Source: Tubiluchus corallicola
Taxonomy: Eukaryota > Animalia > Priapulida
Reading direction: 5' to 3'
DNA length: 64,000 nt
NCBI GenBank assembly: GCA_030141605.1
Contig: JAQGDQ010000065.1
Span: 62,001 to 126,000, forward strand
Shown here: piece after piece, positions 46,259-57,144 of the stretch
Layout: every line of letters begins with the position of its first letter
How positions within the stretch are numbered: position 1 is the stretch's first letter
Position numbers and translations under genes: made by a program
The notes under the pieces: generated by a model
Databases searched by the model: none
Told to the model about the DNA's origin: nothing
The model's input: the letters and a program-made list of their open reading frames with translations, nothing else

Positions 46259-47465
46259 ACAGCCACACCTCTATGCTAAACACGACGCTCACATGACCAC
46301 CACCAACAATCCAAATCCAAATTTGGCAAAATAGGGGTAGGGTGGTCCCGCAAATCTGACCTCCCCCAAGTTCACTACATAGTGAGCTGTTATCCAACAT
46401 ACTGTGTCACGCTTACATCACAATAATTTCGTAAATTATGGTGAGTTCTTAGTTCAGGGATACCTGACGATGATCTCTCTAAGGTGAGCTCATTTTGCTA
46501 GTTTAGAGTTGAAACAGAATGAGATAATACTTTTTGGTAACCTGGTTACAGGCTGTACACTTTTAGGTCTTCTCGCTGAGCCAACATTAAGATCTCTCTC
46601 TGAGCGGGCGCTAAAATGACTGAGGATTCCATCGCAATGAACATGTGCGAATTATAGTGGGTCCGTGAGATCATACAATGAGTTTCTATCTCACAATGAT
46701 ATCATAATTTTATGCAAAAAATAATAATAAACGAACATGAATCAGATAATAAATGAAGACAGTAAAGCTAGAACTGACTGGAAGCAGAAGTAATATGACA
46801 GAACGTCATACTGTTAATAACAAGAAATATACAGTAAATATAATAATGAAAAATTGCGACATCCTTAATTAAAACTAAAAACCAAAAAAATTAATAATAA
46901 CAAATAAAAGCTAACAGAACATTGGCGAAGCAAAAGCTAGGAGATGTGAAAAATAGATTAGAAAACAGTACACATGAAGTTCCTGTACATGGCTACTTTT
47001 AATAAACAGCTTTGTATTATAATTATAAATTATTAGAAATAAAAGGCTGGAAGAATTGTCAGCTAGGTTATCATGTACAAAAAGAAATAGAAAAGTTAGA
47101 CAACCAAGAAAATGAAATCGCCAATCCTGCATCAAGCATTTGGGAATAACCCATTTTCTTAGCAGATCCTGGGTCAATGTGGCTTCTCGATAGCTTGCAT
47201 GAAGAACAGCAGACATGATCTTTGCGTTCGCTATTTTCAGGAGAAGAGTACGGAGCGACAACGTGACATCCACATCGACGTTTGTCTAATCATGAGGAAA
47301 ACAGGCTCAAAAAATAAACTAAACTCAAAGCAATCTACCGTATGAAATATTGAAAAGGAACTCACTATTTTTTTCAAGAACGACTTACGTAAAAATGATT
47401 ACTACAGAAACATACTTTCCCATTCGTGTGGCTATCTTTAATTGCTGTAACACGCATTTTGCCTT

Positions 47466-47805
47466 TAGAGGATCTCGAAGATTTCAGCGTATGAAGAGCA
47501 CCCGTATTGCTGTTTGCCAGGAGGCAATTTTTAACACATTTAACAATAAAACTTCATGCTGTGTCAAGCAGATGTTTAACATTTAGGACGGTATATTATT
47601 TGCAGTTATACCTTTGTGATTAAAGGAACAATTCTTAAATTAGTATAATTCGAAACATTTATATTTGTACTTACGCTGTATGCGGTATGGCAGTATTAAT
47701 TATTATATGTAATTATTTTGTTGTTGTTATTTCAGCCTGATCATTGTTGCAGTATCATAAATAAACCACTTTGATTGATTCAGCAAAAACTTTCATAGTT
47801 ATTTA
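47466..47805 (+). repeat. 5' LTR (340 bp)
   Basis: Direct repeat of 51544-51877; about 10 substitutions and 2 indels counted by eye. Confidence 0.95.
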
Positions 47806-47820
47806 TGATCAGGCGGAAGA

Positions 47821-50800
47821 ATGCCAATTGTTCAATGCCCAATTACTGGCTGCAATTATGCAACAGAGGACTTGTCGGAGGCTATCGTTCTCGAACTCCT
47901 GCAAATACATCGTGGTAGTCACACCACGAACGCAGACGCGGCACCACCCGCACATTCTGCTCCAACTGCGAAAATTGAAAATGTGAAAGGCCTACTATAT
48001 CTGCCGCCGGTACCAGCGAAGAATGGGCATATTTTACCACACGTTGGCAAGAATATGTAGATGCAGGCAGATCGTATATGTCACCGATACTTCAAACAAA
48101 TTGTACATTAGCCGCGAAGCTTGTATTGCACTCGGAATGATCACAAAAAGCTTTCCAAAGATTGGTGAGGTGTGCAACACGCTAGAGATATAATCAAACA
48201 GCACTTCATCTGAGACACATGACATATCCAAACCCCAACAAAACTGTAGTGGTGTGACATCTGAGTGCCACTGTCCACGACGACAGCTGCCACCTATACC
48301 ACCCTCCCAACTGCCATTTTCACCTACGCAAGAAAATTTGCCAAAACTGAGACAGTACCTCCTCGACACTTACAAGGCAAGCACATTCAACATATGTGAG
48401 CACCAACCTCTCCCACTTATGGAAGGGCCCCCTTTGAAACTCATGGTGAATTCTGATGCCACCCCCGTGGCACATCACAACCCCATCCCAGTCGCCTTGC
48501 ATTGGCAGAAATAAGTCAAAGCAGATATAGATCGCGACGTCCACCTAGGAGTCTTGGAACCTGTCCCTATTGGCGAACCTGTCACTTGGTGCCATCGAAT
48601 GATTGTACGCCCCAAGAAAAACGGCCAACCCCGCAGAACTGTTGACTTTCAAGCCCTAAATGCTCATGCCACAAGAGAAACCCACCACACCCAGTCACCA
48701 TTTCTGCAGGCAAGATCTGTACCCCCAAACATGAAGAAAACAGTACTTGATGCCTGGAATGGCTACCACAGAGTCCCAATCCCTGCAGAGGACCGCCATC
48801 TTACTACGTTTATCACTCCATGGGGCCGATATCGCTACAAAACAGCCCCTCAGGGTTACATTGCTTCAGGTGATGGTTACTCAAGATGCTATGACGAGAT
48901 CGTGTCACACGTACCCCATCACACAAAATGTATTGATGACACACTCCTCTGGTCACCTACAATCAAAGAAAGCTTTTTCCAGGCAATAGAATGGCTTGAC
49001 ATATGTGGCCGTCACGGCATCACTCTTAATCCTGACAAGTTCATCTTTGCTGAAGACACAGTTGAATTTGCAGGATTTGAAATTACACCCAATAGTGTCC
49101 ACCCTTGTCGACGATATCTCCAAGCTATACTAGAATTTCCCACTCCAAAAAACATCACTGATGTTCGATCCTAGTTCAGCGTAATAAACCAAGTTAGTTA
49201 TGCTTTCAGTATGGCTGACCGAATGCTTCCCTTCCGTGCACTCCTGAAACCCGGGACTCCATTCACATGGAATGCACAACTAGATGAGATATTTAATGAA
49301 TCTAAGGCACTCATTGTTCAGGAAGTAGAAGACAGTGTTCGAATTTTCGATAAAACACGGCCGACATGCTTGGCCACTGATTGGTCAAAATCAGGCATTC
49401 GCTTCTGGCTGCTTCAAAAACACTGCAAATACCCCAAATCAACTCCTTCTTGTTGCCGTACTGGGTGGAAAATCACTCTTGTGGGTAGCTGATTCACCAC
49501 ACCAGCAGAATCGCGATATGCCCCAATTGAAGGTGAAGCCCTAGCAGTGGCAGATGCCCTTTAAAAAGCTAGGTACTTTGTCCTAGGTTGACAAACCTGA
49601 CTATTGCAGTGGACCACAAACCATTGCTCAAGATCTTCAGCAACAGATCCCTTGATGACATGCCCAACCCTCGCCTTAGGAATCTGAAGGAAAAGACGCT
49701 TCGTTTCAAATTCCAGGTCATACATGTCCCTGGAGCAAAACATCGAGCTGCAGATGGCATCTCTCAACACCCGTCTTGCCCTGGCCATGCTGGTGATATG
49801 CCTTTGCCTGACGACATTGCCACAATTGGACAGGACACTAATATTACCTTGCCAAACCTACCTACTTTCTTTTTGGAAGGTATTCGTTGCCAGGAAATGC
49901 CTTCAGATTCCTTTGAGACATCCTTAATATGCTGCCACAAAGCTTGCAAACTTCAAATCAGTGACATGGGATATGGTCCGAGTTGCTACAACAAGTGACA
50001 CCACCATGAACTTATTATGAGACATCATAGAAACTAACGTGCCAGAAGCAGGAGTTCCCAGCTCCAATACGTGAGTATTACTAGTTCAGGGAACACCTCC
50101 ACACCATCGATGGTGTTATTCTTTATAAAGAGCACATCGTTATCCCCCCATGCCTACGTGACACTGTGCTTTCATCACTCCATGCAGCACACCAAGGGGT
50201 CTCATCCATGATTTCTCGTGCAGAATCATCAGTATTCTGGCCAGGCATAATGACAGCCATATCGGCACTTCGAAGTCGCTGCCAAGAATGCAACCGTATT
50301 GCACCCTCACAACCTGCAGCACCGCCCGTTCCCCCAGTTTTGCCGGTATACCCATTTCAGTGCATCTGCGCTGACTTCTTTCATTACAAGGGCGTCTACT
50401 ACCTCGTTGTTGTTGACCGTTATTCCAACTGGCCCATTGTCAAACGTTCTCCAATTGGGGCCACTGGTTTCATTACCTGCCTCCGCCGAGTTTTTGTCAC
50501 TTACGGCATTGCTGAAGAACTGGCCTCAGATGGTGGCCCAGAATTTATTTCATTCCAAACACACCAGTTTTTTTCAGACTGGGGTGTCCATCATCGTCTC
50601 TCTTCAGTTGCCTTTCCTCACAGCAATTGTTAAGCCGAATTAGGTGTTAAGACCGTTAAGCGCATGATTATGAATAATACTGGCCCCCAGGGAGACCTTA
50701 ATACAGACTTGTTTCAACGAGCAATCCTGCAGTACAGAAACTGCCCAGACAGAGATACCAAGCTCTCACCTGCCCAGTGGCCAAACTATACGAGATTTCA

Positions 50801-51400
50801 TCCCTATAATACCCGGTCGCTACCAACCTCATAACACTTGGCAGGAATCACTACTAGCCCGAGAAGAAGCCTTGCGTAACAGACACATGAAAGCATCAGA
50901 TCGGTGGACTGAACACACAAAACGCCTACCCCCACTAGTTGTTGGTGACAAGGTACACTTACAAAATTAGACTGTGAAACATCCTACCAAATGGGACAAG
51001 TCTGGTATAGTCATTGAAGTCCGTCAGTATGACCAATATGTCATCAAGGTGGATGGCTCGGGCCAAGTAACACTCCGGAATAGACGTTTTCTTCGGAAAT
51101 ATGAACCAATTCATCCACCACGCCCCAGTATCTCTATTGATACTGACCTTGCTTACAATGACAGATGCTTACCAGTTGAGAAACCTGCAACATCAACCAC
51201 TTTGCCACCTAAAACAAACCAACGCCCTAATAATTCAACCTTACCGTCACCCAAACACATGGATTTCAAACAGACAAACCTGTTGGACCAGAGGACCCTC
51301 TCCCTAACCTCAGCTTACCCTCACATTTGCCACTAACTACCATACCAGACAATTCCAAACCAGTTGATAAGTCCATTGACTCCCCTTCGACTGCATCAGC
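47821..51400 (+). pseudogene. Disrupted gag-pol of the Gypsy element
   Basis: ORF fragments 47821-48060, 48254-48514, 48554-49174, 49211-49492, 49588-49998, 50166-50633 and 50974-51336 are separated by stops or frameshifts. Confidence 0.9.
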
Positions 51401-51543
51401 TCCACCCAACCCAGTTATACCACTACGTCATTCAACTCGGCAGAGGACAACTCCTCAGTGGCACAAAGACTTTGATATGTCTGGTAATTTGGTCAGTTAT
51501 CAGTCTTCGACGTATGCTACCTCCGTCCAAGACTTAGGGAGGA

Positions 51544-51877
51544 TAGAGGATCTCTGAGATTTCAGCGTATGAAGAGCACCCGTATTGCTGTTTGCCAGGA
51601 GGCAATTTTTAACACATTTAACAATAAGAACTCCATGCAGTGTCAAGCAGATGTTTAACATTTAGGACGGTATATTATTTGCAGTTATACTTTTGTGATT
51701 AAAGGAACAATTCTTAGATTAGTATAATTCGAAACATTTATATTTTTATTTACGCTGTATGCGGTATGGCAGTATTATATGTAATTATTTTGTTGTTGTT
51801 ATTTCAGCCTGATCATTGCTGCAGTATCATAAATAAACCACTTTAATTGATTCAGCAAAAACTTTCATAGTTATTTA
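51544..51877 (+). repeat. 3' LTR (334 bp)
   Basis: Direct repeat of 47466-47805. Confidence 0.95.
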
Positions 51878-52694
51878 GCCTTTCGATAGTTAGATGGGCA
51901 CTAACATCTGCATATCGGAAATACATCTTACTTCAGAGGTGTTCAGCTTTCATGTAGTTCAGATATTCGAGAGCTCCTGAGTGAGCATAGCGGTAAATTT
52001 GAAATTTAAACTTAAAAATTTGCGGAGTTTTTCATATTATATCACAATGAATCTGGTACAGTAGCACTATATTTCATTTACTGCTTTCACAAACACGTGT
52101 ACAACACTCGTGGAAGTTAAAAATTACGTTCGTTTGTGATGTTGTCACTAGTTGGGCTTGCCCGCTGTTAATTATGTTTTTAGCCTATTAAGAGAAAATT
52201 ATTATTGTTGGGCATTATTATATGCGTAAAAATGTACACTTTTTACCGTACTTCAAAATGGGTCGGATATGAAAAATCATCCTTTCCTTTAATAGAATAG
52301 AATGGAAATTTATTTTTTCCTTGGATGCATAAAAATATGATACATACATGTTGTTTCCATTATGGTCCAAGTGTGATTCCAATAGTATAAGATTGGACGG
52401 GCTCTAGAAATCCTTGGAGAAATTTGGACGTCCCAGCTTTCACAATGACCCAGTGACCCTGTCCCAGGGAACAGTGGAGTCAAGAAAGGATGTGTTCTTG
52501 CAACAATACTTTCAGTATGTTGTTCTTGGTCATGTTGTCAAATGCATTTGGAAATTGTGACTCTCTATCGTCATTAAATACAGATCCAATGACAAACTGT
52601 TCACAGGGCCGTCTTAACAGCATTATAGCCCCCCCCCCCCGGACGGGGTAAGGCAAAAACAAAAGCATGAAAGCAATACTAATTTTGCAAAGCC

Positions 52695-52780
52695 TGTAAA
52701 ACTTTGCACCTACACTGGGACTCCAGCCTAAGACCTTCTGCTTTCTGGGTAGCTGTGTTAACCATTTGTCCACAGAAGTC
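52695..52780 (-). mobile_element. Degenerate tRNA-like SINE head or tRNA pseudogene
   Basis: The minus strand reads gtggacaaatggttaacac...ggtcttaggctggagtccc (A/B-box-like); there is a weaker relative at about 55230-55290. Confidence 0.4.
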
Positions 52781-52809
52781 TGACTTTTTAGATTCATAAA
52801 AATAATTAT

Positions 52810-53710
52810 TTACACAATAAGCTATTATAGATGTCAGTCAATAGGGAATACGTATCCAAATACCATGCTTGGTCCAAATCTAGAAATTGGAACACTTCTA
52901 TATGTTGACGACATTTTGGGTATTTGAAACAATAAAAAATGTAGTCGAGAATTTTAGAGAGATTGAGTAAAAAAACGGGTAAGATTCAACATTCAAAAAC
53001 TAAGTACATGAAAACAAAGATGATCAAAAAGAAAACGACAGTTGAAATAAAAGAATCTGTTAAACACTGTGAAAATAGTAAGACGGAAACGTACAGGTAT
53101 CGTGGTGATTGGATTGTAACTAGAAATAGGATTGACGTCATGTTTAAAGAAAGAAAAGATCGAATGAAAGTTATTATAATGTACATGAATAATATCAGGT
53201 CAGAATCAAATATGGGCTATAAATCAACAACCCTTTACTGGGGCATTTTAGCTCAAGTAACCTGCTGGTCAATTAGAAATAGAGTTAAGTACAAAAAGTT
53301 AATATTTTATCATCATTAATTTTAATGAATTCTGTTCATTTAGTTATGGAACAAAAAATACATTGTATGAACAATGTTGGTACGATGAGATTGTAAAAAT
53401 TGTTAATTATTATGAAACAAACAGTAGTGATATGGAACAAGTAAAATTTTTTTCAAGAAATCTGAATGGAAAAAGATGGTTAAAAATAAAGTGACCAAAT
53501 CGAGATTTCTCAAACATTAAAAATTTAACAAGCAAAATCACATCTCTGAATAAGGCGGGAATAGAATGAGTCATTATGCGAAATTAAATTAAATAAGTTG
53601 GAATTGAAGTGTAACTTCAAAAGTGCCCACACAAATAATTTAATGTACCCCATGTGTAATACTGAATAAGATGCAACTGAACATCTATTTGTTTCTAGTA
53701 GCTTAAGTCA
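52810..53710 (+). mobile_element. Highly decayed non-LTR retrotransposon remnant
   Basis: GTLLYVDDILGI at about 52890-52925, then SKTKYM...TETYRY.GDWI and YWGILA...YKKLIFYHH, with many disruptions. Confidence 0.55.
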
Positions 53711-53730
53711 AGTAAATGTTTGGGGGGAGG

Positions 53731-54942
53731 TAAGATAAGATAATATTTATTTTCATCGGTATGATATAAAACAGTACATATTTGTAAAACATGAGCTTAA
53801 AGCTCGTAAACCGATATCAAACATAATGTATGAGTGACAACATGGTAATAATATGTACTTCTTAAAATCTTTTGGATGCCACCAGAGGTATTGGTACAAG
53901 AAAAATTTATAACTACATGAAGACAGTAAAAATTTGAGACAGTAAAATTTTAGACAGTAACATTTTCTAAAATTTACACAAAAAGCTATCTAGGTCAATA
54001 AAAATTTTTCCTGCCAACACATTCAGCATTTAATTATGACTTAACAAAATTGGGAAGTTCGCTGAATTTACAAATGGCACATTTACATGATACACCAGTC
54101 CATGAGTTAATTAGACGTTTAAATTCCCCAAGATTTTCGGCCATTCGGAGACAGTTTGGTAATTCCACAATGTGGCTCCATAATAGGAGAAACTTTTCTT
54201 GCCATATGTAACACCATCATATGTAGGGTGTTCTGCAGTGTTCATTTTTCTGAGGAAGTAGCGGTTTTGCTTTCGTTCCTCTATCCGCCCATAGAGATAG
54301 GACGGGCAGTTTTTGGACAAAATCTTGAATAGTTCGATAGCAATGAGACGTCGTCTCTGAAGTTGAAGAGACACAAAATTGTCTTTAAACAATAGATTTT
54401 CGTAGGTACTTTCGAAATCATTATAAACTAGACGGAGCGCTCTGAAATTCAAACGCTCTAACTTTTGGCTATTTGATTTACTACAGAAATGCCAGATGAC
54501 AGGGCAGAAATTAAAATTCGACTTGACAAACGAAAGGTAGATGAGTTTTCGACATTTTACCGACAAGTTTCGCCCAATACGGCGTAGAACATTAATCTGT
54601 TTAGCTGTTTTTTTTGCACAGGGCTGAAATGTGCGAGTCAAAGTTCAGGCGATAGTCTATATTTACACCAAGAAGTTTCACCTCATCCGTACATTCAATA
54701 TCCGCTCCTTTGATGTTGAAAGTAGGTTTCAGGTCGTGTGTAATTTTGCCCACAGCAATCCCCTGAAACTTCCCCGGATTTGCGTCCATCTGGTTGGAAG
54801 CAAAACAGTCGACCAGTGCGTTACTTTCAACCTCTAAGGTTTGTTTCATATCATTAAACGATTTACTGGAGTAGGAAACAGTATTATCATCAGCGTAGTT
54901 GTACAAGGTGGATTTACTGACAAAATGGAAGATATCATTAAT
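53731..54942 (-). mobile_element. 5'-truncated LINE (CR1/L2/Crack group), RT C-terminal half plus 3' UTR
   Basis: YNYADDNT...ANPGKFQ...VKLLGVNIDYRLNF, a frameshift, then NFCPVIWHFC...RALRLVYND; the 3' end is ATAAA followed by (TCTTA)n. Confidence 0.85.
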
Positions 54943-55509
54943 TCTGGTGGGTTGATGCCCGTAATCTATACGAAACGAATGTGGATGTCATAAGAATTAT
55001 CGAGTGTAGTACGGCCATGATGGAATTTAGAATTGAATGCAGAGGCATGATATGAAACTGTATACACTATACAGTGTATATAAATCCTGCAGTCGTTCCT
55101 AGAGTGGTTGCTTGCTGAATTGCAATGAGGATCAAGACTGAACTGCGCACTCTGTATCAAGACAAAGTACGAAATTAATGACGTAAACGCATGAAAGCAG
55201 TCGGTACTAAATTAAAAACCTGAAAGATTTTGCACCTCTTCGTTTTGACTTGATCCCAAGACCTTTTGCTAAGGTTTGATCGCTTTGACTCGATGATTTT
55301 TAATTGCTGTTTTGAACGAAGATAAATCGTATTGCTAGACAGCTGCAATGGTTGTTACAATTTGTGTTTACTGTTTACCTGCCTTGAGGGTAGATTTCTT
55401 TTATTTTAGAGTTCTGCCGTTCCACTGTTTACAATAGACGTAATGGGCATATGATAATGATGATTCCAATTTATATATAATATTAGAATATTCTCAGTTT
55501 TAGTTGAAA

Positions 55510-55746
55510 CTGTATTTCTATAAAGCTCTGGGCATTAAAAACAAACCATAACGCTGAAAATGATGCGTTTCAAAGGCGAAATTACTGAAACATGTTTTGG
55601 TATCAGATGGCCAAGGAAAATCTCAAATAAGATCTGTATAAAAAAATAAAGAATAATCTTGGACAAGAAAAATAATAAGGTGCCGTCTAAGATGGATTGG
55701 ACACATGCTTAGAATACCTGATGATAATCCAGTGAAGATAGCTCTG
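55510..55746 (+). mobile_element. Second, shorter copy of the same RTE fragment
   Basis: Nucleotide similarity to the reverse complement of about 34615-34830 (gatgcgtttcaaaggcgaaattac...ccagtgaagatagct). Confidence 0.75.
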
Positions 55747-56966
55747 ATGTTTTGAAGCGATAAAATTTCTTTAAATTCTTTTTTTATAGTAATAGTACAG
55801 ATTAGTAAATTAAATTGGACAAGTCAGTGGCATGCAGTCATTTCAAATCTATACTGTTAGCTAATGTTAACTGAAATAGTTAGATTATTAGAAAAATTTG
55901 TAATTGCATTAAACATCATGCTCATGCTTTGAAAATTAAGTAGCATGCAGTGCTTGCCTTGTATGTATGGACAGGGACTAGCTAACAAAATAACTTGTAT
56001 TTACTTGTACCCCTTCACCTATGCATTGCAATCATGATTGAATGATACCTTTATTGGTGCATAATGATGTTTGCTGAACTAATGCTGTGTTTATTATTTT
56101 GAGATTCATTTAGGTTGTATATCATTATCAATTAATGTTGAATTAGTCACTGCCTGTAGAATGCAGCTTCGGTATGGCCTACCTTGAGACGCTTGGAGAT
56201 CTCCTTTTGAAAATTCATTACTGCACCCTATAAATAATTTGTGCACTGGATTAAAGTTTTCATGCTGGCATGGCATTAACAAAGCTCACAGCCATGTGTT
56301 AGAGTCTCAATTTGAAAAAGTTAACGCATTGCTGTGAAGAAGATGACGATGATGATCAATTCATATCTTCACATTTTGCAACACGAAATATATATAGTTT
56401 GTGCACGCATGATAAGGGCAACTTCCTTAAGACTTTTTATAGTCATGAAGCCATCCCTCACAGTTGTAACTATAATTGTTGTTGCTTTGCATAATACTAA
56501 CTGTTCATATAATGGGTGAAATGAACGTTTCTAATATACGTTAGAAATCTTACATTATCATAAATTGAATGAATAGTTGTGCCGTCTTTGTTCAGTAATG
56601 TGATTTGGTCATTGATGAAGGATTTTCTGAAAAATATTGATTCTATTTTGAAATTTCATAAAATCTTCATTGAGTGTCTAGTAATTCTAATAATTAGAAC
56701 TCTCATATTATAAAGGTTTGCTGTCATGAAGTCCTTATCCTCAGTTGCTGTTTAAAAATTCTTACTAATAATGCTGTAATTCTGATATCCTGTTTTCCCA
56801 GTGGTTAATCATCTATTTACTAATTAATATTCGTACTACTTAACTTTGTAACCTGAATCTACACCGTGCCATTCAATTACTGTCATTGCTCTGAAATTCT
56901 GCTTTGTCTTAGGAATTTAAACAAGTACGTCAGATCATCTAATAGTTTGGAAAACTTAGCCTTGGA

Positions 56967-57144
56967 ATGGTTCTATGCAGAAAAGAACTTTTCATGTTAC
57001 TTAAAGGCAATTTTTTAAGACAAGAATACGCATTGATAAACCGTTGTGTTAAGAAAATATTAATTAGGATTATGGCTACTAAGTCTCATGTCACGCGAGA
57101 CATTCTACAGAACCAATATGAAAGAGCCAAGGTTGCAGTTAAAG
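56967..57144 (+). CDS. NT5DC3: NT5DC2/3-like first coding exon (basic, possible mitochondrial presequence)
   Basis: Acceptor at 56911-56912, ATG at 56967, aaag|gtatat donor in phase with the next exon. Confidence 0.75.

Larger units (their letters stand above)
47466..51877 (+). mobile_element. Ty3/Gypsy LTR retrotransposon, decayed (stops, frameshifts, internal gag/protease deletion)
   Basis: LTRs at 47466-47805 and 51544-51877; GCCTT TSD at 47461-47465 and 51878-51882; purine tract AGGGAGGA before the 3' LTR. RT (FITPWGRYRY..APQG..CIDD), RNase H (LATDWSKSG) and integrase (ADFF..VVVDRYSNW..SDGGPEF..E) are in Gypsy order. Confidence 0.95.
47292..52292 (-). mobile_element. Kolobok-like MITE family B copy split by the Gypsy insertion
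   Basis: 47292-47465 and 51878-52292 join into one family B copy (gcattttgcctt|tcgatagttagatgggc vs gtattttgccattcgctagttagatgggc from the 19128 copy); ends cctttcctTTAA. Confidence 0.75.
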
